NCBI RefSeq assembly: GCF_009914755.1
Contig: NC_060945.1
Source of the DNA: the human T2T-CHM13v2.0 reference genome, Homo sapiens
Strand: one strand, 5' to 3'
DNA length: 64,000 bases
The translations under genes and the position numbers were made by a program. Positions 31,391 to 45,262 of this stretch are shown one piece after another (the first letter of the stretch is position 1; each line of letters begins with the position of its first letter). The notes beneath the pieces are model-generated. The model was not told the origin of the DNA. It made no database searches and saw only the letters and a list, made by a program, of their open reading frames with translations.

Positions 31391-31456
31391 CATCAGCTTT
31401 TAAGCAATATTTAAAGCCATGGAAATAAAGGAGATCACCAAAAAATGATTCTAAAT

Positions 31457-31637
31457 CATGATTTCTCAATGTTGGCAATATTGCTATGGAAGGGTGGATA
31501 ACTCTTTGTTTTAGAAGGCTGTCTTATGCAGCATTCCAGGCCTCTACCCACGATATGCCAGCAGTGGTAACCCAAAATGTCACCAGACATTGCCAAATGT
31601 CCCATGGGAGAACAGTCATCTCCAGTTGAGACCACTG
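31457..31637. mobile_element. MER20 (hAT-Charlie)
   Basis: aaaatgtcaccagacattgccaaatgtccc ... gttgagaccactg. Confidence 0.8.
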
Positions 31638-31713
31638 ACTGCTCTAGAATAGAAAAAAAGAAGCTCCAGGACTAACTTTTAGGATTCTCCAATGTTTAGA
31701 AGTTAAGGAGAAC

Positions 31714-32041
31714 AGCCGGGCTTGGTGTCTCATGCCTGTAATCCCAGCAGTTTGGGAGGCTGAGGCAGGTGGTCACCTTAGGTCAGGAGTTCGAGACCAG
31801 CCTGTCCAAAATGGCAAAACCCCATCTCTACCAAAATACAAAAAATTAGCCAGGTATGCTAGCAGGTGCCTGTAGCCCCAGCTACTTGGGAGGCTGAGGC
31901 AGGAGAATCACTTGAACCCAGGAGGTGGAGGTTGCAGTGAGCTGAGAGATTGCGCCATTACACTCCAGCCTGGGTGACAGAGTGAGACTCTGTCTAAAAA
32001 AAAAAAAAAAAAAGAAAGAAAAAGAAAGAAAGAAAGAAAAA
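31714..32041 (+). mobile_element. AluSx with A/GAAA tail
   Basis: Sense Alu; 16-bp TSD ag(a/t)agttaaggagaac (31698-31713, 32042-32057). Confidence 0.95.
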
Positions 32042-32904
32042 AGTAGTTAAGGAGAACTGAAGAAACCAGCACTACCTCTGCAGGGAGGTCAGAGAGGGAA
32101 ACAAAGAATCAAACAAGAATAGGGCTCTGAAAGCAAAAAGAAGAATTTGTTACAAGAAAAAAGGAGAAATAATCCATGGCAAAAGCCATGGTTTGGTTAA
32201 ATAATAGCTGAGATAGGACTTGACCATTGTTTTACTAACATCAAGATGGCAGGAAACCTTATCAAGAAACACTTTTGCTGGAGTAGTGTGGGGACCTGGA
32301 TATTTACACTATACTAAATTATACCCCACAGATTACATGGAGATTGTAGAATAAACAGTTCAAATTGCAATGTGGATATCTGACCGTCCCCTCTTGAACC
32401 AGCAGTCAGTCTTAGAATCTTTTAATGTGGAACAAGCAGATAGCATATTCCTCATGATTTGATGAAATGTAAAGTACACAGTGTCAGGTATAAAGTATTA
32501 TGTAATATTCTATCTATAATGTTGAACTCAAATATGATCACGCCTCTACATGTAACCTACAGTTTACATATAATGGAATTAAAGGGATAAGCCAAATGAC
32601 ACTATAACCAATGAGAAAAATTTATAAAATGTGACATTCTACAACATCTGACATCAGCAATAATTTCATGACATAAGTATAAAAGATAGAAGAAGATGCA
32701 AGAATAAAACAGGCTTACAAAACATTAAAATGCAATTTGTAGACCTTGAGAAACTCTGACTTCTTAACAAATCAAATGTAATGAAGAATAGGATAACTGG
32801 ACAGATTTGAGTATAGACTGACTATTAGATGACATAAAGAGTTAATGCTATTTTTGTTGTTATGTCTGACAAAAGAGTGTGATTGTATTATGGAATGAAG
32901 TATT

Positions 32905-33340
32905 TAGAATATAGAACTGCCTGACTCTACTTTTTCATGTTTGATTGCTCACATCTTACAAACCTCACTGCTCCCTTCTCTTCTTAGGCCTCGCTATTAA
33001 GCAGGTTGACAATATTCCTCTTTCGGCTGGTAGAAGATTCGAAACACTCAAGCCTCTTGAATATTCCTGGGAACCCTCACCTCACCCCCAATTCTTAAAC
33101 ACAATGACATCTCCAAACTAGTCTCTTTTCCTTACTCTCTCAAGCCATTTTTCAGACCAGCTTGGAAAGGGTGTCTTGTCCTCAAAATGCTTTATTCTGT
33201 TAGTAATAAATATTTTCATACCGTCGTGGGGTGTTTGGGGGTGTGTGTGTGTGTGGATGTGTCTGTACCATTATCATTATTGACATCTGGATCAAATTTT
33301 GGGTGGAAGTCTGTCCTTCTTCTCAGAGTGTCCAAAACAA
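32905..33340 (+). mobile_element. Probable old ERV1-type LTR, family not assigned
   Basis: LTR-like layout with aataaa at ~33205 followed by a GT-rich U5-like tract. Confidence 0.35.
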
Positions 33341-33384
33341 GATGTAATGCTATAATGTTTGAAATTTATTGTAGTATATTTTAA

Positions 33385-33505
33385 AAGAATAAAAGAAGAG
33401 AAAGAGAAGAATAAAGGAAGGAAGGAAGAAAAGAAGGAAGGAAGGAAAAGAGGGAGGGAGGGAGGAGATGAAACAAAATAAAAGGTAATAAAAATAAAGG
33501 AATAA
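33385..33505 (+). repeat. Purine-rich low-complexity tract (GGAA/GGGA/AAAG)
   Basis: Direct reading. Confidence 0.8.
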
Positions 33506-34305
33506 ATTTTAAGTGAGGCAACTACTGTGCTCAAATTTCTTAATTCTCTTCTTTCTGACTTTTACCCCGAGGCTGCAGAGGAAGTTTGAGTATTATTAAA
33601 ATGCTGGTGGAGAGGAGTATCAACTGCTCTTCTTCAGTTTCTTGACAGACTTTTTACTGTTACGGCATTTCCCACTTTTCCATTTCTGTTCTCACTACAC
33701 GTACTGAGCAAGCTCAAGCATATACTGCCCTGTCCTTGTTACCTTTGCGTGTTGAACTTAGAACACTATATGTTCTAAAAAAATCACAGATGTATTCCAA
33801 TGCCTAGGTCCTATAAGTATACCCCTAGGCTAACTACTTTCCTGAGTCATGACCATTCCTGCAGGGTATAATCAAGTTCTACCCTCTAACTTTAAATCCA
33901 CATACTCTTTTTGTCTCTAACTCTGGTTCTTCAGGTGGCTGTGAAGCACTCTGAAAGACTTTCTTTTCCCGGATTTCCAATCAAGGGGGTAGATTTATCC
34001 TCCTTTACACTAGAATGTTCATGTTTGCCCAGGGGTCTGTGTGTCACTGCCACAGTAACAGAAGATTAAGAGTCATTCATCCCTTTCTCAGTTCTTTCCC
34101 CTCTTACTGGGCTTTTCCGCCGGCCCGAAAATATTTGTAAGTGCTTTCCCAGCCTTTTAGAATGCTGAGTCTTGTTTTGTGCTTTATGGTACCACTTTGC
34201 AATTTGAGTTTGCCAGGTGTTGGTTATTGCCTTTCCCAATTCTCGAGCCATTATAAAAATGTCTTTCCATTTGGTCCTAGGTTGCAATACAATAAGAATT
34301 ACCAC

Positions 34306-34629
34306 TGTTATGGTTTGGCTGTGTCCCCACCCAAATCTCACCTTGAATTGTAATAATCCCCATGTGTCAAGGGTGGGGCCAGGTGGAGATAATTGAATCA
34401 TGGGGGTGGTTTCCCCCATACTGTTCTAGTGGTAGTGAATACATCTCATGAGATCTGATGGTCTTGCCTACCACCAAGTAAGACATGACTGTGCTTCTCC
34501 TTTGCCTTCCACCATAATTGCGAGGCCTCCCCAGCCATGCAAAACTCTGAGTCCACTGAATCTCTTTCCTTTATAAATTACCCAGCCTCAGGTATGTGTT
34601 TATTAGCAGCATGAGAACAGACTAATACA
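34306..34629 (+). mobile_element. THE1C solo LTR with a small internal deletion
   Basis: tgttatggtttggctgtgtccccacccaaatctc...actaataca; perfect TSD ACCAC. Confidence 0.92.
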
Positions 34630-34640
34630 ACCACAAATTA

Positions 34641-34983
<343 letters not shown>

Positions 34984-36264
34984 CTATCACATATACTTCT
35001 AGGCAATCACATTCTACAACTACAGTAAAATCCTAGATGTTCACCAAACTTGACGTTGTTCATGTAAATTAACCAGTAAATAAATGTAACTGTATGTCTA
35101 ATAAGATAATATTTTATTTTTTTACTCATACATCTGTTAATTCATTGATATTATGTAAGAAAATAATTATATATCATTCACTATTTAGGTATTATTGAAA
35201 AGTTTTGAAGCTATAAAGTAAAATACAACACATCTTTCTTCCTTCAAAGAAATCACAATTGACAGTGACAATAGTTTAATACATATATAATTTTGAATAA
35301 CTATGAAAATAGATATATCCATATGGCTTTGTGGGAATGCTGAATATTTGTAACTAACCCAGCTGAGAGGAGTTAAATGGATCTTGACCTTGCCTTGAAA
35401 GGACTTTGGCCAGTTCGTCTAAATCTGCTCCTGGCTCTCTGGATCGTGTATGATAGGAAAAATTCCACAGGAGAGGACCACAAGGGAATGTGTTCTCAGT
35501 TGAGGACCAAGTGCTAGTCAAAGGAAGCAGGTAACAGAAAATTGTGGTAAAAATGAGAAAGTGGTTAAGTTTATTTCCAGTGGTACAAGGGTTCCATAAA
35601 GCAGAGGAAAGGACTGAAGGGGAATCCATTTTAGGAGCTTCCAGGAAATGGAAGTTTTTGTGCTCTAAAAAGATAAGAAAATAAGAGGGCATAAAATTTA
35701 GACCAGATTGGGAAGAATGGCTTCCAAAGGAAGGAAAAGATGAGGGTAATGTTTAGAAATGACTGGATTCAAATATTTTGTTTCTGGCAGATGTTATTTT
35801 GGGGACAGAATGACTAAGGGTTGATCTCAAATAATACTTGGTCTATGAAACTGGTATAATGGATGACAGTAGCCATGTCCTTAAATAGAGATGCCCTATT
35901 CTCATGAAAGAAACTGAGGAACAAATTAGACAGAACTCTTTCTGTGCAAAGAATGTTTCATGGTGTTCAGAAGAATAGAGAGAGTGTGTCTTCAAGTGGC
36001 AGACCCTGTTAAAACCTGGGAGAACAGGTAAAATCCTGTCCTAGGGTATGGGTTAATGACTTGTTTTGATTAAGAACCATATTCTGAGAATTCTACTTAT
36101 TTGAGAAGGTAAATATCATCTACCATAGATTATAATTTTAAAAATGAATACTAAGGCAATTTAAAACATAAGTATCTTACAAAAGGTAACAGTGTTCATA
36201 AATATAAAATTTCAATATTATATAAATTCAATTTCTATCAGTTTTAATATGATTTTTTTTACTA

Positions 36265-36671
36265 TATATTCATCAGAGTTCTCTGGAGAACAGGACAAAT
36301 GGAATTTTTTTTATTTACTTATTTACTTTAAGGAATTAGCTCACATGATTATGGAAGTTTGCAAGTCTAAAATTCTCAGGATGGGCTGGCAGGCTGGAAA
36401 CCAGGAAGAAGCTGATACTGAAGTTCAGGTCCAAATGCATCTGCTGAAGAATTCCCTTTTGCTGGCAAGAGGTCATTCTTCTGTTCTATTCAAGTCTTCA
36501 ACTGACTGGAGGAGGCCCATTCACATTATGGAGGGCCATCTGCTTTACTTAAAATCCATCAATTTAAATGTTAATCTCATCAAAAAATATCCTCATAGAA
36601 ACATCCAGAGTAATGTTTGAACATATATCTAGGCACCAGCCAAGTGGATACATAAATTTAACCAGGCTACA
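36265..36671 (-). mobile_element. MLT2C-type (ERVL) solo LTR
   Basis: ttaaggaattagctcacatgattatgga..aggcccattcacattatggagg..aatttaacca, antisense MLT2. Confidence 0.82.
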
Positions 36672-38231
36672 GTGGAATTAGCCTACAATCATTGATCATT
36701 CTTTAATGTTATAGTTTACGTATATAAGATCTGAAAAATGCCATTTTTAAACATTTGTATAGCAATGTATAAGTTATCAATTGCTGTGACATAGATAATT
36801 CCAGTTTATCCTCAATACTACGGTCTGAAGGGAAAGATAACTAAAAATTTATAGGGTCCATTAGAAGAATTGCCAGTAGAAATATTACTTTTACAGGTTT
36901 GGGGATAATGAGCCCCACATGGTTTAAACAAATATGCAAGATAAAACAGCCAGTAAATTAGTGCAAATAAGACTTGAATGTCAGCCTTCTGACTACAAGC
37001 CTAAAACTTTTACCACCATAGCTGTGCTTTAGAGAGAAATGTGTCTATAGTTGGAATCAATTTGTAGGATCAGAGCACTGAGTCCCTTTAAATTTAGGCA
37101 GAGCATCATTCTTCATTAGAGAGCCAGCATGTGGTAGGAAACTGATTAACTTATAGCTCTTTTAAAGGCACCCACAGGTATTCATGTCAGCAATGTACTA
37201 TTTACCAGTCACAAATCTAGAGGTGATCTTAATATGGAAATCCTTAATTTGAAAATAAGGACGATTTCATATTACATTCCAAAGACCGTAATTGTCTTTA
37301 AATTGCCCTTTTTTACTCTGAAGATTTGATCTCTGAGGCCTGAAATGAAACTTTAACATTTTCAATTAAATTCAAGCCTTCAAGGTTTGGTTGAAACTAA
37401 GAAAATGATTTGTGAACCTCCTTTTAAACTCCCTCTGAAATCAGCTTCAAGCTAGTAAAGTTCTAATTCTTCACATTTAGTCGAGTTATAAAAGAGAAGT
37501 TCCTCAATGCTAAACTTTAGTCATAAAGTGCAAGCTATGCCAAAAAAAAATAAAAAAATTTTTTCCAATTAGTCATTAGGCTTTTATTTCAATATCTAAA
37601 ACTTTTTTAAAAAAAAAACAGAACACAGCTTATTGTTTGCATGCATTGTTTAGGAGGTGAAGGCAGTAAAACAAAGCAAAATTAAATAAACAAAATTATC
37701 TTGCCTTCTATTACTTGGCATCTGAGAGTTACATATCCGGCAATTATAATGCGCACTATATATTTTTAAGGTTCTCTCAAATTCTGCGAAATATTTTGGG
37801 ATGTTTCATTTCAAACATCTCGGAAAGCTTCACTCCCTAACATCTTCAATTTACTCTTTCTAAAGTGATAACATGCTTTTGCTCCTTTGAGGAATAAACT
37901 GTTATTGTGATGTATTTTTTCAAGATGTTCAGAATGTGAGAATATCGTGTAATGACGTTCATAACTTCTGTTATCTGCCCTATTGGTAATAGGAAATCGG
38001 CCACGAAAAGTGATCATGGAATCCCCCATTATGTTGCCTTCAGTCTTCATGCTACAATATATTAATATCTTCCTCTCTTAGTTCCTCCCTCTTTGACTTT
38101 ATCATTCATTAGAAATCCTACTCTCTTATTTTTATAAGACTTTTAGAGAACTGAAGAATACTTCTGAAAGTGTGATACAATTTTGAAGTTCATCAATTAA
38201 TTTTTTTCATTTCTCATCTATTAGCTTATTT

Positions 38232-38528
<297 letters not shown>

Positions 38529-40372
38529 TGATAGATTTTTGATCATTCTATAAGATTAAAGATTGTTGTGTTATAGCATTGGTAGAAATTTGTGAATTAA
38601 ATGTAACAGACATTAAAGGAGAATTCAAAGAAGTTTATTTTATCACTATATCCAAATATACTGCTAGGATTTACACCTGGCCTTCCTTGTCAAGTGTTGG
38701 ACTTTTTATAGGCTGTCTTGCATCTTGAATCTATGGATTCCGGAATAAGGATGAATATGAAAATATTATAGAACCCAGTGGGTTCATGTTTCAATGAAGC
38801 TGGACATGATTTATCCTCTTAAATACCTTCATAAAACCAAAAGTGAGTTAGTAAAAATTTAAGTAAAGATAAAGTGCCATTTGTTTTCTGGTGTGAGATA
38901 TTAATAGAAAATAAGGCACAAAAATTGGTCCTAAATAGAAATAGCCAATAATTTTTATGTAAACTGAACAGCTGTGAAAACACCAAATATAAATTTCCAA
39001 GTTCATCTTAACATATAGACTGGAGTATTATGTATTAGGTATAGTTGCTATTTTGACACATTTTCTTCTATAATTCTAGAAATTTCTTATATTTACCTGC
39101 AATAAAAATTTCACAAATACCTAGATTTAATTTTGAAGAAATAAATAAATGAATGTGATTACAAGTCTTTAAACTCCAGTGGTAATTTGGGTATCAAAAT
39201 TAAAGCCTTTATATTCATTTATTATAAAATTTAAAGAATAGTCATGTATAAAAGTGTTCAAAATATTCTAAAATAACAGGTACCACTAATTATTCTTTTC
39301 TATTTTAGCTATTATCACCCTATACCAGTTTGTAACATACTAGCAGAATTCACCTTAGAAAGTCAAATCATGAATATTGCTGGTTTTATGTAAAATATCA
39401 AGGAGAGATGACCTTGTACTTCTTCTTACTGGCTTATACAAAATCAACTTGATAATGGATGTATGCTGTTTCTAAATAAGGCGTTTAATATTCAAATATT
39501 TTCAGTGACTGGGATAAATCACCCATTTCATATCTTACCCTAGTACCAAATGCATGGCCATTCATTCCGTGTTAAATATAGATCTACTAGAGGACCCATA
39601 ATTTAGCATTTTAGTTAAATAGTCTGGTCATGTTAGTATTTATTTAAAGAAAAATTCTATCCCATATTCTCTCTCATTCTGTATATCATGACTTTGAATT
39701 GGTGAGGGCTTTTGTGTACTTGGAGTTTAGGTCAAAGTAATAAATGGTAAGATTCAAAGTTGTGGAAACTCCATAATATTTTCAAAGTAAGAAAAACCTA
39801 GCCGTGTGACCTTCTAAACTTTAATATTTATACTGTCTCAAATAATTAAGTTGTGTATAAATTAGCATATATAAAAATGTCCTTATTTGTGCTAATTTAT
39901 GGGCTCTTCAAAAATAACACAAACTCACCACAAGTCACACATAAGCTATTATAGCACTGTGAAGAATAAAGAAGGTCATCAGAATTTGTTTCTCAATAGA
40001 AGAGTTGATTGTAGTAAGACTTTGAAATGAAAATAGGCACTTAAAAATGGGGCATTTATATAAAATATAAAGACTTTGACAAATCAGAAAAGCTGAAAAA
40101 TAAGAAGGAAGGAGTAAAAAAGGAAGACAATTAGAAAATAAGTATTAAAAAAGAAAAATGACAATGGATTATTATACTTGTTTTGGTTTAAAAATTCATA
40201 AAATTTCAGAGGAGAAATTATTTGGTACTAGAATTCTAGCAGTCACTGACCCATGCATTCTTACATGTGTCCTGTTTTCTTAGTTTTACTTATTCTTGTA
40301 GGTATCCTATTTTCACGGGAACATTTTTGTTTATCTCTATTATCTCAGTTTAATTGTGTCGCTCTCCCAATA

Positions 40373-40485
40373 TTTCTCAAAATAACAAAAAACACAACAA
40401 ATTATAAATTACATTCCCAAAACATGTGTTACTTAATAGCCAGGAACAGTGCTTCCAAGGTGTTTCTTCAATAAATACAAAAACA
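40373..40485 (+). repeat. Copy 1 of a local dispersed direct repeat (copy 2 at 42289-42400)
   Basis: Hand alignment gives about 82% identity over ~113 bp; last 26 bp identical. Confidence 0.9.
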
Positions 40486-40551
40486 TATTCTTTAAATGAC
40501 TTCTGTTAAAAAAAAAAAACAAGAAAAATGATCATGTGATGTGAAGGCATT

Positions 40552-40860
40552 TGATATAGCTTGGATGAGTGTCCCTGCCCAAATCTCATATTGAAATGTA
40601 ATCCCCAGTGTTGGAGGTGGGGCCTGGTGGGAAAGTTATGGCACCTACCCAGTGCTCTCCTGGTCCTGCTTTCATTATGTGACCTGCCTGTTCCCCTTCA
40701 CCTTCCACCATGGTTGTCAGCTCCCTGAGGCCTCACCAGAAGCAGATTCCACTATGCTTTCTGTGCAGCCTGCAGAACTGTGAACCAATTAAATCTATTT
40801 TCTTGTAAATCACCCAGTCTCGGATATTTCTTTATAGCAATGTAAGAATAACCTAATACA
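40552..40860 (+). mobile_element. MSTB solo LTR with ~100-bp internal deletion
   Basis: tgatatagcttggatg..cccaaatctcatattgaaatgtaatcccc...acctaataca; TSD gcatt/gcatg. Confidence 0.88.
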
Positions 40861-40962
40861 GCATGTCAAAACTAAACATTCAAATTATGTTGGTTTGGTT
40901 TTACCCTCATTCAGATCTTTACGATCTCTTATCTGGATTATTGGAATCTATTTAATATTACC

Positions 40963-41942
40963 TGTAGGGAAAAGAGAGATTAGACTGTTACTGTGTCTAC
41001 GTAGAAAAGGAAGACATAAGAAACTCCATTTTGACCTGTACCCTGACAATTGCTTTGCCCTGAGATGCTGTTAATCTGTAACTTTGCCCCAATCTTGAGC
41101 TCACAAAAACATGTGTTGTATGGAATCAAGGTTTAAGGGATCTAGGGCTGTGCAGGATGTACTTTGTCAATAAAATATTTACAGGGAGTATGCTTGGTAA
41201 AAGTCATCGCCATTCTCCATTCTCGATAAACCAGGGGCACAATGCACTGCGGAAAGCCGCAGGGACCTCTGGCCTAGAAAGCCAGGTATTGTCCAAGGTT
41301 TCTCCCCATGTGATAGCCTGCGATATGGCCTGGTGGGATGGGAAAGACCTGACCATCTCCCAGCCCGACATCTGTGAAGGGTCTGTGCTGAGGAGGATTA
41401 GTAAAAGAGAAAGGCCTCTTGCAGTTGAGATAAGAGGAAGGCCTCTGTCTCCTGCCTTTCCCTGGGAACGGAATGTCTCGGTATAAAACCCGATTGTACA
41501 TTTGGTCAATCCTGAGATAGAAAAACCGCCCTGTGGCGGGAGGTGACATGTTGGCAGCAATGCTGCTCTGTTATTCTTTACTCCACTGAGATGTTTGGGT
41601 GGAGAGAAGCATAAATCTGGCCTGCGTACACATCCAGGCATAGTACCTTCCCTTGAACTTATTTTCTCACATGTTTCCTTGCTCACATGTTTTCTTTCTT
41701 CTCCCCACCATCACCCTGCTTTCCTGCTGCATTCCTCTTGCTGAGATAGTGAAAATAGTAATTAATAAATACTGAGGGAACTCAGAGACGAGTGCCAGTG
41801 TGGGTCCTCCGTATGCTGAGCGCCGTTCCCCTGAGCCCACTGTTCTTTCTCTATACTTTGTCTCTGTGTCTTATTTATTTTCTCAGTCTCTCATCCCACC
41901 TGATGAGAAATACCCATAGGTGTGGAGGGGCTGGCCCCCTTA
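40963..41942 (+). mobile_element. HERV-K(HML-2) solo LTR, LTR5B-like (about 980 bp)
   Basis: tgtagggaaaagagagattagactgttactgtgtct... ...cccataggtgtggaggggctggccccct; TATA at 41482-41488; AATAAA at 41764-41769. Confidence 0.93.
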
Positions 41943-42039
41943 TTCTTTATTATACCTATTTATCTACAACATTCAATAATGCAAGCCTGATTGTGTCAAT
42001 TCCTTCCTTTTTTTCCTAGAGCAATGATGCCTTCTTATT

Positions 42040-43370
42040 TGTATTTTTAATTGACCTATTAGTCTTATATATTTGTGGAGTACAATGTGATATTTTATAT
42101 AAATATACATGTGGAATGATTAAATCAAGAAAATTACACATTTCTCACCTCTTATTATTTTTAAGGTAAGGAAATTGAATTTTGAAATATACATTATTAT
42201 TAACTATAGTCACCCTGCTGTAGAATAGATCTCAAAAACCTTATTCTTCCTGTTTAACTGAAACTTTGCACTTTATGACTATCACCTCTTTCTCAAAATA
42301 GCGAAAAGCACAATAAGTTATAAGATCAGTCTCAACAAATGTGTCACTGAATAGTAAGGAAGAGTGTCTCCAATGTGTTTCTTCAATAAATACAAAAACA
42401 ATTATGAAATACACTATTTTTTTTGAAATTTATCTCTCCATTCTATCCTGCATCCTCCATCCCACCATTCTCTAGTAGCCACCTTTCTGCTTTCTGCTTC
42501 TATGAGTTTGACTTATTTAGATTACACTTATAAGAAATGATATTATAGTAGTTATCTTTATGTGACTGGCTTATTTCACTTAGCATAATGTTCTTCAGGT
42601 TCATCCATGTTGACTCAGATGACAAATTTAGTTTTAAAGCATGAATAGTATTTCATTGCTATCATTTGAATGTGTTCCTCAAAATTCATGTATTGGAAAC
42701 TTGATTGTCAATGCAGGGGCATTGGGAGATGGAACTTAATGGAAGAGGTTTGGGTCATGGGGCATCCTTCTCATTAATGGATTAATAATACCACTATCTC
42801 AGGATTGGATTCCTAAGAAAAGGGTGACTTCAGCCTTCTCTCTCTGTCTCACTCACCTTCTCTTGCTCTTCTGCTTTTCACCATAAGACAATCCAACAAG
42901 GCCCTTGTCGGATTCTGGTCCCTCAATCTTGAGTTTCCAGCACCAAGAACTGTGAGCCAATATACGTCTGTTCACTATAAATGACCTGGTCTCTGATGCT
43001 TTGTTACAGAAGCACAAAATAGGCTAAGTCATCGACTGTGCATATATGCCACATTTTCTTTTTCCATTCATCAATTGATAGATATTTAGCTCAATTCTAT
43101 GTCTTGGCTATTGTGAATATTGCTGCAATGGAGATAGAAAGGCAGATATCTCTTTGACATACTAATTTCAATTCCTTTTGGAATACAGAAGTGGAACGTA
43201 TTATAGTTCTATTTTTTGCTTTTTGAGGAACCTCAATATAGTTTGCTATAATGTCTATACTAATTGACATCCCGACCAATAGTTTATAAAAAATTCCTTT
43301 TCTTTGTATACTTTCCAAGACTTGTTATCTTTTGGCTTTTCAATAATAGTCATTTTAATAAGTGTGAGGT
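42040..43370 (-). mobile_element. L1MA-type 3' fragment, interrupted by a local templated insertion and by MSTD
   Basis: tattattaactatagtcacc..ctgaaactttg, tggcttatttcacttagcataatg, ttgtgaatattgctgcaat. Confidence 0.85.
42657..43031 (+). mobile_element. MSTD-like solo LTR nested in L1MA
   Basis: tgctatcatttgaatgtg..aattcatgtattggaaactt ... gcacaaaataggctaagtca. Confidence 0.8.
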
Positions 43371-44008
43371 TAAAAAAGAGGAAGAGAGAAAAACATAGAA
43401 AATAAACAAATTTTAAATTGATATACAACATCTAAATCTAAAACTTTAAAGTGAAAATCATTAACAAATTACATCACCTATCCCAGGCACTCTACCATGA
43501 CCTCTCCATCCTCGCCACCTTGTACTATCCTTGGTTCTCTGAATATATTGTATAATATCTCAATTTAACTTTTTAGACAGACAAATACTACAGACCAGAG
43601 TGTTCTTATCCCATGGAACTCTCACTGCCACACAAACACACCAGCTTCTTATTTATCTACCTGGTATAATATTTTCCATCTTCAAGGATTATCTCAAATT
43701 TGACCTCCCCAAATTACAAATGGAATTAATCATTGTTTCCTCTGTACATTAACATTCAAACAAGCATTCGCCAATTGTGATTCATTCCCAGACCAATAAG
43801 TAGTTTAAAAATTATTAACAAAATATATATAATTAATAATCCAATATAAAAATTCTGATAAGATATTCATAAACATAAATGAATGGAGAAAGAGAACAAA
43901 AATAGTTTTAAAATGGAAAATGAATATAAGTTTTTGGTGTTTATCTTTTAAAAACAACAATAAATTAAACAAGGTGGAAGCTAAATACAGCTGCACTATA
44001 GAAATTTA

Positions 44009-45262
<1,254 letters not shown>

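Noticed and set aside
37811-38050. 79-aa minus-strand ORF over the CpG-retaining segment
   Set aside because: No recognisable homology or exon support; the segment is reported as non-coding instead.
41157-41686. ORFs of 91-160 aa in LTR5B
   Set aside because: Incidental frames inside an LTR; no HML-2 internal sequence is present.
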